The notes: generated by a model from the letters alone, not told the origin. A DNA stretch of 64,000 nt from Alphaproteobacteria bacterium (GCA_965232515.1 CBDDPY010000002.1:6368001-6432000); one strand, 5' to 3'; counted from the first letter of the stretch, positions 36,229 through 47,051 are shown. Numbers and translations: made by a program.

Positions 36229-36286
36229 AGTTCCGGGGACAGTAACTTTAATTCGCGTATGAATTAACGTTACTGTCCCCGGAACT
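36229..36286. repeat. 58-bp imperfect inverted repeat (REP/REPIN-like or bidirectional terminator)
   Basis: AGTTCCGGGGACAGTAAC-t-TTAATTC-gcgtat-GAATTAA-c-GTTACTGTCCCCGGAACT. Confidence 0.8.
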
Positions 36287-36297
36287 AGACGCTTGCG

Positions 36298-37161
36298 TCA
36301 ATAAACCGCGGTGTCGGCGGGCTCGTCGATGATGCGGTTCTCGATGGCGCCGATATTCTCGATCTCGACCTTCACGACATCGCCGGGCTTGAGGTAGCGC
36401 TTCGGCGTGAAGCCCTCGCCGACGCCGGGCGGGGTGCCGGTGGTCAGCACGTCGCCGGGTTCCAGCGTGACCGCGCGCGATAAAATCTCGATCAGGTCGT
36501 AGCAGTCGAAGGTCATGTCGGACGTTTTGCCGTCCTGGCGCAGCTCGCCATTGACCCAGGTGCGCAGGCTCAAACGGTTCGGGTCGCCGACCTCGTCCGA
36601 CGTCACCAGCCAGGGGCCGAACGGTCCGTGCGTGTCGAAGCTCTTCGGGATCACCACCTGCGGCGTCTTTTCGACCCATTCGCGCGTCGTGAAGTCATTG
36701 ACCACGACATAGCCGGCGATCACGTCGGGCGCGCGGTCCTTCGGTACGTGACGGCAGTGCCGGCCGATCACCAGGCCGAGCTCGCCCTCGTAGTCCAGCG
36801 AATCGCTGACCCGCGGCCGGTGCACATCGCCGAAGGGCCGGTTGATGCAGGTCCGCATCTTGGCGAAGCAGCTCGGGAACTCGGGCGTCGCCGCGCCCAT
36901 TTCGCGGATATGCTCGGCATAGTTCAGGCCGACAGCCAGAAATTTGCCGGGCCGCGGCACCGGCGCTTCCAGGGTGACCGCATCGAGCGGCAGCCGTGCA
37001 CCGGTCTCGGCCGCCGCCCGCGCCGCCGCCATGCCAGCTTCGCCCATGGCGAGGAACTCGGTCATGTCGGCCGGCGCCGCCGCGGCGAGGTCGATAACGT
37101 GATCGCCCTCGACCACGCCGATGCGGCTGACGCCGGCTTCGGTAAAGGTGGCGAGTTTCAT
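36298..37161 (-). CDS. Fumarylacetoacetate hydrolase family protein
   Basis: VGLNYAEH, DYEGEL, ND..R, KSFDT, GDVLTTGTP. Confidence 0.92.
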   Translation of the reverse strand: MKLATFTEAGVSRIGVVEGDHVIDLAAAAPADMTEFLAMGEAGMAAARAAAETGARLPLDAVTLEAPVPRPGKFLAVGLNYAEHIREMGAATPEFPSCFAKMRTCINRPFGDVHRPRVSDSLDYEGELGLVIGRHCRHVPKDRAPDVIAGYVVVNDFTTREWVEKTPQVVIPKSFDTHGPFGPWLVTSDEVGDPNRLSLRTWVNGELRQDGKTSDMTFDCYDLIEILSRAVTLEPGDVLTTGTPPGVGEGFTPKRYLKPGDVVKVEIENIGAIENRIIDEPADTAVY

Positions 37162-37183
37162 ATGACCCCCGGCGCGCCTGCCG

Positions 37184-38848
37184 TCAGATCACCAGCTCGA
37201 TCTTGCCGAGGCGTTTGGTGAGCTTCAGGTTCTCGCGGTAGTCGACCGGCACGGCGATCAGCGCCGGGCCCTTCTGCCGGAAGGCCTGTTTCAATGCCGG
37301 CACCAGCTCGTCCGCCTTCTTGATCTCCTTGCCCCAGATGCCGAAGGCCTTGGCCAGCGCACCGAAGTCTGGGTTGTTGAAGGCGAGCTCGGAATGCTTG
37401 CCGTTGAACTGGTTCTGCTGCTTCCACTTGATCAGGCCGTATTCGCCGTCCAGCCAGACCATGGCGACGATGTTCAGCTTCAGGCGCGCCGCCGTCTCCA
37501 GGTCCTGCAGGTTCATGAGGAAGCCGGCATCGCCGCTGATCGACATCACCTTCCTGTCGGGATAGGCGATCTTGGCGCCGATCGAGCCCGGCATGGCGAA
37601 GCCCATGGTGCAGAAGCCGTTCGAGATCAGGCACGTATTTGGATCGTCACACTGGTAATAGCGCGAGATCCACATTTTGTGCGCGCCCACATCGCTCAGC
37701 AGGATGTCGTCGGCGCCAAGGATGTTGCGCACCTCCCAGAGGATCTTCTGCGGCTTCATGGGGAAGCCCTTGGCGTTCTTCTCCATGGCGAAGTCGTCGA
37801 GGATGGTCTTGCGCAGCTTGCCGCGCTTCTTGATGTCGAACAGCGGCAGCTTGCCCTCGAAGCGCGCGTTCAGCTCCTCGTTCAGCTGCCACAGCGCGTC
37901 GGCCACGTCCGAAACGATCTCGCAATCGACGGGATAGGCGTTGTCAACCTCGGCCGGCCAGAAATCGATATGGATGACCTTCTTGTTGCCGGGCGTCTTG
38001 TTCCAGTGCTCGGGGCTGTACTCGACCAGGTCATAGCCGATCGAGATCACCAGGTCGGCGCTGTTCATCGCCGGCATGATGTGGTCCTTGCCCTGCAGGC
38101 CCATGGTGAACAGGCAATGCGGATCGGTGCGCGGCACAGCGCCCTTGCCCATGAAGGTGTTGACGACCCCGATGCCGGTCTTTCGGGCGAATCGCGCCAG
38201 CTGCTTGGCGGCGCGTTTGCGCACGGCGCCGTTGCCGGCCAGCACGATCGGGTTCTTCGCCTTGGCGATCATGTCGACGGCGTGGGCGATGACCTTGTAG
38301 TCGGCGGCGGCGCGCCGGGTCTTGCGCGCGGCCATCGGCTTCAAGCCCTTGACCTGATGCTTCATCAGGTCCTCCGGCAGCTCGATCACCGTGGCGCCGG
38401 GCTTCTCCTGCTCGGCGATCTTGAACGCCTTGCGGGTCACCTCGGGGATGTTCTCAGGATTGGTCACCGAGTGCGCCCACTTGCTGATCGGGTCGTACAT
38501 GGCGATCGAATCCATGTTCTGGTGGCTTTCCTTGTGCAGGCGGTCGGTGCCGGCCTGCCCGAGGATCACCACCAAGGGCGCCCGGTCCATGTTGGCGTCG
38601 GCAACGCCGGTCACCAGGTTGGTCGCGCCGGGACCGAGCGTGCCGAGGCAGACGCCGGCCTTGCCTGTCAGCCGGCCATAGGCGTCGGCCATGAAGGCGG
38701 CCGCCTGTTCGTGGCGGCAAAGAACAAATTCGATCTTGCTGTCGATCAACGAAATCATGACGTCGGCGTTTTCTTCGCCGGGCACGCCGAATATGTGGGT
38801 AACCCCCTCCGCTTCGAGGCACTTAACGAACAGGTCTGACGCCTTCAT
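37184..38848 (-). CDS. Acetolactate synthase large subunit-like TPP enzyme
   Basis: FGVPGEEN, RHEQ, LGPGATN, DVGAHKMW, GDAGF TPP motif; no small subunit adjacent. Confidence 0.9.
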   Translation of the reverse strand: MKASDLFVKCLEAEGVTHIFGVPGEENADVMISLIDSKIEFVLCRHEQAAAFMADAYGRLTGKAGVCLGTLGPGATNLVTGVADANMDRAPLVVILGQAGTDRLHKESHQNMDSIAMYDPISKWAHSVTNPENIPEVTRKAFKIAEQEKPGATVIELPEDLMKHQVKGLKPMAARKTRRAAADYKVIAHAVDMIAKAKNPIVLAGNGAVRKRAAKQLARFARKTGIGVVNTFMGKGAVPRTDPHCLFTMGLQGKDHIMPAMNSADLVISIGYDLVEYSPEHWNKTPGNKKVIHIDFWPAEVDNAYPVDCEIVSDVADALWQLNEELNARFEGKLPLFDIKKRGKLRKTILDDFAMEKNAKGFPMKPQKILWEVRNILGADDILLSDVGAHKMWISRYYQCDDPNTCLISNGFCTMGFAMPGSIGAKIAYPDRKVMSISGDAGFLMNLQDLETAARLKLNIVAMVWLDGEYGLIKWKQQNQFNGKHSELAFNNPDFGALAKAFGIWGKEIKKADELVPALKQAFRQKGPALIAVPVDYRENLKLTKRLGKIELVI

Positions 38849-39021
38849 ATCCCCCTCCTTGAACGTGACGCGAAATTTCCCCGGCGCATCATAGGCGGTG
38901 TGATGCGCGCGGCATAGGCAGCATTTGTCGAGCTGTGGGATTTGCTCATGTGGCGGCGCGACGAGCCCGCTGGAGTCCCGACGGGGACGAATCGGTTATC
39001 GCTGTCTGTGCGGGTCGCGCG

Positions 39022-39228
39022 TCAACTGGCGTTGGGTTCGTCGGTCGGTGACCGCCCGTCCAGCCGGTTGCCGTCATGCTCGCCGCGTCGGCGCTCGCGT
39101 TCGGACGTAATCTGACGCCGCTTGCGTTTGTCGAGACCGTGTTTGGCGCGGTTCACCTTCGCCCGCTCTTTTGCATTCTCGCGTTCGCGTTGCTTGCGAA
39201 ACTGGTTGAGATTAACGATGTCTCCCAT
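39022..39228 (-). CDS. DUF4169 family small basic protein
   Basis: DIVNLNQFRK..NRAKHG motif. Confidence 0.8.
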   Translation of the reverse strand: MGDIVNLNQFRKQRERENAKERAKVNRAKHGLDKRKRRQITSERERRRGEHDGNRLDGRSPTDEPNAS

Positions 39229-39370
39229 AGCGCTCGCCTGTCTTGTTTAGCGGCACCGGCTTCGTGTCCGGCTCTTTCGCCCCATGATCGAAGCTTAGCC
39301 CATACAGCATCGCTTGCAACCGGTGGGATGCGCGTCCACCCTGTAAGCGGCAGGCATTCTGGAGGTATTT

Positions 39371-42300
39371 GTGAAGAAGTTCGCCATCGGTCTTGCCGTC
39401 ATCGTCGTGCTGCTGGTGGGCGCGGTCCTGGTGGTTCCAAGTTTCATCAACTGGAACCAGTACAAGCCTGAGATCGTTGCCGCCGCCCGCGATGCCGCCG
39501 GCAGGGACCTTGTCGTCGACGGCGACATCAGCTTGAGCCTGCTGCCGGCGCCCGCGCTGTCGGTCGATGGCGTGCGTTTGGCGAATATCGAGGGTGGCTC
39601 GGCGCCCGACATGGTACGGCTCGGCGCGCTGCAGGTGCGCGTTGCATTCGGCCCGTTGCTCTCTGGACAGATCCAGGTCCAGAGCGTGCGTTTGGTCGAG
39701 CCGGTGATCCTGCTTGAAGTCCTGCCGGACGGCCGTACGAATTGGACATTTGGTCAGACCGAGGCCGCCGGCACATCCTCTGCCAACGACGGCGGGGCGG
39801 ACGGGGCGCCGCCGCTGTCGCTCGACGCCTTTGTGATCAGCGATGGCGTTCTCGTCTACCGTGATCAAGCCGCGGGCGTCGAGGAACGGATCGAGGGCTT
39901 GAACGTCGAAGGTGCCGCCCGCTCATTGAACGGTCCGTTCAACGCGGCTGGTGACATGACGATTCGTGGATTGCCAACGACCTTCGATGTCCGCGTCGGC
40001 GCGCTCGAGCCGGCACGGCCGGTTTCGGTGAGTGCGACCCTCGGACTGGCAGACACGAGCGCGACGGCGAACGTTAACGGCACGCTGACGGAGCCGACCG
40101 CCGACGGCAGGTTCTCCGGCAACCTGAAATTGTCGGCTGACAGTGCGGCCGAGCTTGCCAAGCTGGCGACGTCGGCGGGCGGCGGCCCATCGCAAATGCT
40201 GGCGCAACCCCTTTCGCTGACCGGCCGTGTCGATGCATCCGTTGCCGGCGTGGCGTTGAACGATATCCTGCTGCGCCTTGGCGACCTGCAGGGCGGTGGC
40301 GCCGTCAGCGCGACGTTCGGACCCGAGCCGGCTTTCGACGCGGCGCTTTCGGTCAATCGCATCGATCTCGATACGCTGCTGGCGGTCAACGGCGGAGATG
40401 GCGATGCCGGAACAGGCGCCGCCGCGCCTGCCGAAGACGACGCGCAGGCGCCGGCCTACCCGACGATCCCGGCGAACCTGCGCGGCAGTCTGAGCCTCGC
40501 CGTCGACGGCGTCGCGTTCAACGGCGGCGTCATCCGCCAGTTTCAGGCGAACGCGGCGGTGGCGGACGGCCGTCTGACGCTGTCGCGCCTGTCGGCGCTG
40601 CTGCCGGGCAGCTCCGATGTCAGCGTGTCGGGCGCGTTGACCACGGCCGGCGGCGCGCCGCAGTTCGATGGCAAGCTGGAAACCGCGTCAAGCAACCTGC
40701 GTGGGCTGGCCAACTGGCTGCGTCTCGATCTTAGCCGGGTGTCCGCCGACCGACTTGGCAGCCTCACCTTCACCGGCAATATCCGGGCGACGCCCGACCT
40801 GTTGCAGCTTTACGGCGTCAACCTGCGTCTGGATGCGACCACTGTCACCGGTGGACTTGCCTATCGCATTCAGGACAGGCCGTCGTTCGGCTTGGAACTG
40901 TCGGTCGACCGGTTCAACCTCGACGGCTATCTGGTGTCGGCCCCGCCGGAAAAGGCGACGGCCGAACCGGCGGCGACGGCAACGAACGCGACAGAATCGG
41001 CCGCGCCGCTGGCGGCGTTGGACAGCTTCGATACAAATTTCAAGCTCAACATCGGCCAGCTCACCTACAACAAGACCCGGATCCAGGGTGTCGACGTCGA
41101 CATGCGGCTGATCGGCGGTGTCCTGACAGTCAATAGCGCGACCGTGAAGAACCTCGCCGGCGCCAGTTTGGGCATGAGCGCCACCGGCGCCAACTTCAGC
41201 GACAAGGCCGCGTTCAAGGCCAACCTGTCGATGGCGTCGAACGATTTGAGCGGGCTCGCCCGTCTGACTCAAATCGAGCTGCCGGTGCCGGCTCAGCGTC
41301 TCGGTCGGGCGGACCTGACGGCGCGTCTCGACGGCAATGTCGATGAGCTCAAGTTCGACGTCAAAAGCAATCTCGCAGGCGGCGCGGTGACGTTGGTGGG
41401 CGGCCTGTCGCAGTTGATGACGACGCCGGCCTTCGACCTCACGTTGGACGCAAGCCATGCCAGCCTTGCCGGCCTGTCGCAGACGCTCGATCTTGGCGTC
41501 GTGCCGGCGCAAGGCGCCGACGGCAAGGTGACGGTCGGCGGCACGGTGCGCGGCGACCTCGACGCGGTCAATGTGAACCTGTTGGCCTCGGCGGCCGGCG
41601 CCGATCTCCAGGCCGGCGGCCGTATTACGCAACTGGCCGAAACACCGACGCTGGCGCTGACGGTCAATGCCGGCCATAAGGATTTGGTGGCCTTCCTGAA
41701 CGGTCTGGGCATCCGTTACGACCCGGCGCTCACCAACCTCGGCGGCTTCGGCCTGTCGGCTTCGCTCAACGGCACACCGGCGAACGTCCAGGTGCCCGAT
41801 CTCAAGGCTTTTGCCGGGCCGGCCGTGTTGGAGGGAACGCTCGCTTGGCGGAGCGATGGACCGCGGCCGTTCGTCGAGGCCAATCTGAACGCGAACGAGA
41901 TTATCGTCGATTTGTTCCTTCCGCCGGACCGACCCGTGGCTGCGACGCGCGGCGCGGCGCCAGCAGGGCAGGGCGGCGGCGCGGTGGCGGCCGGCAACCA
42001 GCGCTGGTCGCAGGAGCCGATCGATTTGGCGGCCCTCGGCATGGTCGACGCCGACATCGATCTGGCCGCGCGCGGGCTGGTGTTCCGGCAATATCCGTTC
42101 GTCGAGCCGCGCCTGAAGCTGGCCCTGAAGGACGGGCGGCTCGATATCAGCCAGCTGACCGGTCAGCTGTTCCGAGGCACGGTCGATCTGACGGCGCGCC
42201 TCGACAGCCGGCCGGGCCCGGCGTTGGCGCTCGACGTGCGGCTCGACGGCGCCGACATTCAGGAGGCCATGCGCACCGCCGTGGGATTGGACCAAGTCAC

Positions 42301-42967
42301 CGGCACGCTTGCTTTTGACGGCAGCTTCAGCACCGCCGGCACCAGCCAGTGGGATCTGGTGAACGCGTTGAATGGCCAGGCCACGGTGAACGCCGTCAAC
42401 GGGGTGGTGCGCGGGATCGACATGCGCCGCCTGAGCGATCGCCTCGCGAAGCTCAACGAGGTGCCCGATTATCTCGATCTGATCGCGGGCAGCTTCTCCG
42501 GCGGCGAGACGGCCTACTCGGCCATGACCGGCACCTGGCAGATCGAAAATGGCGTCGCCTCGACGCGGGACACGCAGGCCGATCTCGAAGCCGCGAAGGC
42601 GACGCTGAACGGGCGGGCCATGCTGCCGGCCTGGCAGATGGACATGCTGGCTGAGCTGCGGCTTACGGAGCATCCGAAAGCGCCGCCGGTCGGCGTCCGC
42701 TTGTTCGGGCCGCTGGACCAGCCGCAGCGCGATCTGAAAACGCAGCCGCTGGAGGGCTATCTGGCCCAGCGCGTCGGTCAGGAGGTGCTGCGCAAGGCGA
42801 TCGGCAAGGACGCGCCGCCGGCCCTGCAGCAACTGCTTGGCGGGGGATCGCGGCAGCGGCAACAGGCGCCGCAGCAACAGCCGGATCAGCAGGGGCAGCC
42901 GCAACAGCAGCAACCGACACCGGATCAGCTCCTGGATGGATTGCTCAGAGGTCTCCTCAAGCAGTAG
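39371..42967 (+). CDS. AsmA-family (bridge-like lipid transfer) protein
   Basis: N-terminal TM then P.FINWNQYK..GRDLVVDGDISL; long beta-taco-like repeats; AsmA C-terminus. Confidence 0.88.
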   Translation: MKKFAIGLAVIVVLLVGAVLVVPSFINWNQYKPEIVAAARDAAGRDLVVDGDISLSLLPAPALSVDGVRLANIEGGSAPDMVRLGALQVRVAFGPLLSGQIQVQSVRLVEPVILLEVLPDGRTNWTFGQTEAAGTSSANDGGADGAPPLSLDAFVISDGVLVYRDQAAGVEERIEGLNVEGAARSLNGPFNAAGDMTIRGLPTTFDVRVGALEPARPVSVSATLGLADTSATANVNGTLTEPTADGRFSGNLKLSADSAAELAKLATSAGGGPSQMLAQPLSLTGRVDASVAGVALNDILLRLGDLQGGGAVSATFGPEPAFDAALSVNRIDLDTLLAVNGGDGDAGTGAAAPAEDDAQAPAYPTIPANLRGSLSLAVDGVAFNGGVIRQFQANAAVADGRLTLSRLSALLPGSSDVSVSGALTTAGGAPQFDGKLETASSNLRGLANWLRLDLSRVSADRLGSLTFTGNIRATPDLLQLYGVNLRLDATTVTGGLAYRIQDRPSFGLELSVDRFNLDGYLVSAPPEKATAEPAATATNATESAAPLAALDSFDTNFKLNIGQLTYNKTRIQGVDVDMRLIGGVLTVNSATVKNLAGASLGMSATGANFSDKAAFKANLSMASNDLSGLARLTQIELPVPAQRLGRADLTARLDGNVDELKFDVKSNLAGGAVTLVGGLSQLMTTPAFDLTLDASHASLAGLSQTLDLGVVPAQGADGKVTVGGTVRGDLDAVNVNLLASAAGADLQAGGRITQLAETPTLALTVNAGHKDLVAFLNGLGIRYDPALTNLGGFGLSASLNGTPANVQVPDLKAFAGPAVLEGTLAWRSDGPRPFVEANLNANEIIVDLFLPPDRPVAATRGAAPAGQGGGAVAAGNQRWSQEPIDLAALGMVDADIDLAARGLVFRQYPFVEPRLKLALKDGRLDISQLTGQLFRGTVDLTARLDSRPGPALALDVRLDGADIQEAMRTAVGLDQVTGTLAFDGSFSTAGTSQWDLVNALNGQATVNAVNGVVRGIDMRRLSDRLAKLNEVPDYLDLIAGSFSGGETAYSAMTGTWQIENGVASTRDTQADLEAAKATLNGRAMLPAWQMDMLAELRLTEHPKAPPVGVRLFGPLDQPQRDLKTQPLEGYLAQRVGQEVLRKAIGKDAPPALQQLLGGGSRQRQQAPQQQPDQQGQPQQQQPTPDQLLDGLLRGLLKQ

Positions 42968-43187
42968 GCGGCCGCAGACAGCGCAGCACATAGACCCGGA
43001 GCGCGCTCGACAGGTTGCCGGCGCGATCCCGGTCGACCTCTTCGATCAATGCGCCCAGGCTGCGTCCTTCGCTGGCGGCGATCTGTTTCAGGGCGTCCCA
43101 GAACGCCTGCTCCATCGATACGCTGGTGCGGTGTCCGGCGATTACGACCGAGCGTTTGCGGACCAGGCTGGCATCTGCGTCAGTCAC
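42957..43187 (-). CDS. Ribbon-helix-helix (RHH_4) protein
   Basis: [27 protein letters not shown]; coupled to fumC. Confidence 0.88.
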   Translation of the reverse strand: MTDADASLVRKRSVVIAGHRTSVSMEQAFWDALKQIAASEGRSLGALIEEVDRDRAGNLSSALRVYVLRCLRPPTA

Positions 43188-44587
43188 GCGCCGGGCCTGG
43201 TCATGTGCGCCGGACGGATCCAGCGGTCGAAATCGCTTGCCGACACGAGATCCAGCTCCATTGCGGCCTGACGCAGGGTCAGGCCGTTCGAATGCGCATG
43301 CTTGGCGATCTTTGCAGCATTGTCATAGCCGATATGGGCGTTCAACGCGGTCACCAGCATCAGTGAATTCTCCATCAGTTCGGCGATGCGCGCTTCGTTT
43401 GGTTGGATGCCGATGATGCAATTGTCGGTGAAGCTGACGGTGGCCTCGGCCAGCAGCCGGATGGACTGCAGCAGATTGTAGATCATCACCGGCTTGAAGA
43501 CATTGAGCTCCAGATGGCCGTTCGCGCCCGCGACCGTGATCGCCATGTGGTTGCCGATCACCTGGGCGCAGACCATGGTCATGGCCTCGCACTGGGTCGG
43601 GTTCACCTTGCCGGGCATGATCGACGAGCCCGGCTCGTTCTCGGGCAGCAGCAGCTCGCCCAGACCCGACCGCGGCCCCGATCCGAGCAGCCGGATATCG
43701 TTGGCGATCTTCATCAGCCCGGCCGCCAGCACGTTCAGCGCGCCGGAGGCTTCGATAATCGCGTCGTGCGCCGCCAGCGCCTCGAACTTGTTCGCCGCCG
43801 GCTTGAACGGCAGGCCGGTTATACGGGCGATCTCCTGCGCCACGCGCTTATCGAATCCTATCGGTGTATTCAGACCGGTGCCGACCGCCGTGCCTCCCTG
43901 GGCCAGCCGGTAGAGCCGGGGCAGGCTGTCGTTGACGCGCGCGATGCCAAGGCCGATCTGCGTCGCGTAGCCGGAAAACTCCTGACCGAGCGTCAGCGGC
44001 GTCGCGTCCTGCATATGCGTGCGGCCGATCTTGATGATCCGGCGCCAGTCCTTCGCCTTGTCGTCGAGCGCAGCCTGCAGGTGCGACAACGCCGGCAGCA
44101 GTTGGCCTGTGATCTGCCGCACGGCCGCGACATGCATGGCGGTCGGAAAGGTATCGTTCGATGACTGGCCGCGATTGACATGGTCGTTCGGATGCACCGG
44201 CGACTTCGAGCCGATCTTGCCGCCCAGCAGCTCAATGGCGCGGTTGGCGATCACCTCGTTGGCGTTCATGTTGCTCTGCGTGCCCGATCCGGTCTGCCAG
44301 ACCACCAGCGGAAAGTGCTCGTCGAGCTTGCCGGCTGCGACTTCCTTGGCCGCCCCGACGATGGCGCGGCCCGTTTTCTTGTCGAGCGTGCCCAGCGCCA
44401 TGTTGGCTTCGGCGGCGGCATGCTTGACGATGCCAAGCGCATGCACGACCGGCGCCGGCATGCGCTCACCGCCGATCCTGAAGTTCTGTAGCGATCGCTG
44501 CGTCTGCGCGCCCCAATAGCGCTTGGCCGGTACGTCGATGGGTCCGAAGGAGTCGGTCTCGGTGCGGGTGGTCGCGGATCTCGGCAT
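43184..44587 (-). CDS. fumC: Class II fumarate hydratase
   Basis: [39 protein letters not shown]. Confidence 0.97.
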   Translation of the reverse strand: MPRSATTRTETDSFGPIDVPAKRYWGAQTQRSLQNFRIGGERMPAPVVHALGIVKHAAAEANMALGTLDKKTGRAIVGAAKEVAAGKLDEHFPLVVWQTGSGTQSNMNANEVIANRAIELLGGKIGSKSPVHPNDHVNRGQSSNDTFPTAMHVAAVRQITGQLLPALSHLQAALDDKAKDWRRIIKIGRTHMQDATPLTLGQEFSGYATQIGLGIARVNDSLPRLYRLAQGGTAVGTGLNTPIGFDKRVAQEIARITGLPFKPAANKFEALAAHDAIIEASGALNVLAAGLMKIANDIRLLGSGPRSGLGELLLPENEPGSSIMPGKVNPTQCEAMTMVCAQVIGNHMAITVAGANGHLELNVFKPVMIYNLLQSIRLLAEATVSFTDNCIIGIQPNEARIAELMENSLMLVTALNAHIGYDNAAKIAKHAHSNGLTLRQAAMELDLVSASDFDRWIRPAHMTRPGA

Positions 44588-44651
44588 GGTCGGGTTATCC
44601 TCTGGATCTTGTCTGCGCGCCTGGTCGCCCAGCCTAAAGGGATCCGTCGAT

Positions 44652-45629
44652 ATGAACATCCTGCTCTATGGCCCCGTCGCCCGCCGTGGTGTCGATCTGC
44701 TGCGCGATCATTTCGGCGACCGCATCGGCCTGATCGAGGTCGAAGATGGCGACGGACCGGAGCTGGTGGCCAGGAAGTTCGCGACCGCCGATGTGATCGT
44801 CAGTGTCGGCTACGACAAGAGCCTGCCGCCGGCGCCGAAAGCGCGTTTACTGCAGTTGCCGAATTCCGGTCTCGACGACCTGGATCTCGCCGCCGTACCG
44901 GACGGCTGCATCGTCTGCAACTGCTTCGAGCACGAGATCGGCATCGGCGAGTATGTGATGGCCGGTCTCCTGCATTGGTCGGTCGGCCTTGCCGCGGCCA
45001 ATAACAGGTTCAAGTCGGGCGACTGGTCGGAGAGCCCGAGGCTCTTCGCGGCGTTTCGGCCGGAGCTCGCGGGCAAGACCGTGGCCACCGTGGGTTACGG
45101 CAATATCGGTCGGGCGGTGGCCGTGCGCGCCCGTGCCTTCGGCATGGCGGTACATGCGGTCACTCGGCGGCCACGCGATTTTGAGCCGGCGCCGGACTGG
45201 CTCGGCGGCATCGACCAGCTGGACGAAATGCTGCCGAACGCCGATTTCGTCGTGGTCTGCTGCCCGCTGACCGAGGCCACGACTGGCATCATCGACACCC
45301 GTAGGCTTAGTCTGATGAAACGGTCGGCGGTGCTGATTAACGTCGGCCGTGGGCCGCTGGTCGACGAGGACGCGCTGTTCGCCGCGTGCCGCGATCGCAC
45401 CATCGCCGGCGCCGTGATCGACGTCTGGTACAGCTATGCCACGGTCGGCAACGAGGATGTCCCGCCCTCGCAGCATCCATTCCAGACCCTGGACAACGTC
45501 GTGATGACGCCGCACTTGTCGGGCTGGACCGAAGGCCTGATGCCCCGCCGCTTCGCCGTCATCATCGACAATATCGAGCGCCTGGCGGACGGGCGGCCGC
45601 TTCGCCATCAGGTTCATCCGGCTACTTGA
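44652..45629 (+). CDS. D-isomer-specific 2-hydroxyacid dehydrogenase
   Basis: GYGNIG, INVGRG, IDVW, TPHLSG. Confidence 0.9.
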   Translation: MNILLYGPVARRGVDLLRDHFGDRIGLIEVEDGDGPELVARKFATADVIVSVGYDKSLPPAPKARLLQLPNSGLDDLDLAAVPDGCIVCNCFEHEIGIGEYVMAGLLHWSVGLAAANNRFKSGDWSESPRLFAAFRPELAGKTVATVGYGNIGRAVAVRARAFGMAVHAVTRRPRDFEPAPDWLGGIDQLDEMLPNADFVVVCCPLTEATTGIIDTRRLSLMKRSAVLINVGRGPLVDEDALFAACRDRTIAGAVIDVWYSYATVGNEDVPPSQHPFQTLDNVVMTPHLSGWTEGLMPRRFAVIIDNIERLADGRPLRHQVHPAT

Positions 45630-45665
45630 CCGCGCCGGGATGACAAGCCCGGCCTTGCGCCCTAC

Positions 45666-45974
45666 ATGTCGATAGCGATACTGAACAATCGGATCGAGGG
45701 AAGAGGCAGTCCGATGCCGCTGTTGCGAAGCCTGCTGTTGCGCGCCGCCAAGGAGATCGCCACCAACCCCGAGTTGCGGGCGAGGGCGGTCGAGGTGATC
45801 GATCGCGAGGTCAAGCCGCGCGCGCAGGCGGCCTGGACGCGGACGAAGCCCACGCTCGACGCTGCAAAGGCGGAGTTGCAGGACATCGCCGCCGAAACCG
45901 ATCCCCGCGACGATCCCGCCGGTTTTGCCCGCAAGGTGAAAGAGCGCTTCGTCGACGGCAAGAAACGCCACTGA
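45666..45974 (+). CDS. Small hypothetical helical protein (start possibly ~45714)
   Basis: Host-like codon usage; fills the gap between dehydrogenase and nitroreductase. Confidence 0.6.
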   Translation: MSIAILNNRIEGRGSPMPLLRSLLLRAAKEIATNPELRARAVEVIDREVKPRAQAAWTRTKPTLDAAKAELQDIAAETDPRDDPAGFARKVKERFVDGKKRH

Positions 45975-46006
45975 CGCCGCACCGTTTCGGTCAAGGAGTT
46001 AACCAT

Positions 46007-46600
46007 ATGGACGCGCTCACCTGCCTGACCTCGCGCCAGTCGATGCCGCCGCGCCTGCTGTCCGAGCCGGTGCCGGATGCGGCAGATCTGGACGAGATCT
46101 TCCGGTCGGCGATGAGCGCGCCGGACCATGGCGCCGTCAGGCCATGGCGGTTCCTGATCATCCAGGGCGATGCCCGGCAGCGGCTTGGTGATGTTTTCGC
46201 TGACGCCATGGCGCGACGCGAACCCGATGCAGACGCCGAGGCCTTGGAGAAGGCGCGCGCGAAGCCGCTCAGGGCGCCCATGCTGATCGCGGTCCTGGCC
46301 GAGATCGTCGAGGATCACCCGAAGGCGCCGGTCGTCGAGCAGGTTCTGGCCGCCGGCGCGGCCTCGCAAAACATGCTGAACGCTATCCACGCCAAGGGCT
46401 ATGGCGGCATCCTGCTGTCGGGCGCCAACTGTTACGACGACCACGTCAAGGCGGCGCTCGGCCTGGCGCCGAAAGACGCGATCATCGGCTTCATCTATGT
46501 CGGCACGCCCAGCGGCGAGGGACCGGTGAAGCAACGCCCTGACCCGGCGCCGTTCGTGCGCGACTGGCTTGGCCCCGACGTGCAGGCCGCCGCCGAATAG
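46007..46600 (+). CDS. Nitroreductase (YdjA-like)
   Basis: R.S, APDHG..RPWRF, RAP, IGFIYVGT; AAGGAG SD. Confidence 0.9.
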   Translation: MDALTCLTSRQSMPPRLLSEPVPDAADLDEIFRSAMSAPDHGAVRPWRFLIIQGDARQRLGDVFADAMARREPDADAEALEKARAKPLRAPMLIAVLAEIVEDHPKAPVVEQVLAAGAASQNMLNAIHAKGYGGILLSGANCYDDHVKAALGLAPKDAIIGFIYVGTPSGEGPVKQRPDPAPFVRDWLGPDVQAAAE

Positions 46601-46609
46601 ATACGCGGC

Positions 46610-47038
46610 ATGCCGGGCGATGACAGGCGCGCCGGCTTCCGCGGCAACGGTCAGATCCGCGTTGCCCATTCCGGCCGACGCGTCGTCGTCCGCTTCCTCG
46701 ATCTCACCACCAGCGCCGGCGCGCTGAAGCGGCGCGCCGGCGACTATTTTCGCAAGCACGAACGCAACCTGCGCCCGCGCTACGGTCCCTTCGCCGTGCG
46801 CGTCTGGGTCGAACGCGCCGGCAACCGCGGCGGCTTCGATGTCGACAACGTCGCCAAGGCCTGTCTCGATGTGCTGACCGGCATTATCTGGCACGACGAC
46901 CGCCAGGTCGCCCACCTGACCGTCGACAAGATCGCCGCCGACAGCAACGCCATCACCCTGCTTGCCGAACCGCAGGCCGGCCGGGATGGTGATCGCGCCG
47001 CCCTCGATCTGGCCGATCTGCTGAAGGACGTGGGTTAA
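46610..47038 (+). CDS. RusA-like Holliday junction resolvase
   Basis: FDVDNVAKACLDVL..WHDDRQV matches the RusA catalytic DxDNxxK...DD motif. Confidence 0.75.
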   Translation: MPGDDRRAGFRGNGQIRVAHSGRRVVVRFLDLTTSAGALKRRAGDYFRKHERNLRPRYGPFAVRVWVERAGNRGGFDVDNVAKACLDVLTGIIWHDDRQVAHLTVDKIAADSNAITLLAEPQAGRDGDRAALDLADLLKDVG

Positions 47039-47051
47039 CGCTCGACGGTGA

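Noticed and set aside
38969-38995. Hammerhead-like CTGGA-GTCCC..GGGAC-GAAT
   Set aside because: Core lacks two nucleotides of CUGANGA and has GAAU instead of GAAA.
45634-45654. GCCGGGATGACAAGCCCGGCC hairpin resembling rhizobial RIME/REP units
   Set aside because: Single short imperfect copy just after a stop codon; indistinguishable from an ordinary hairpin.
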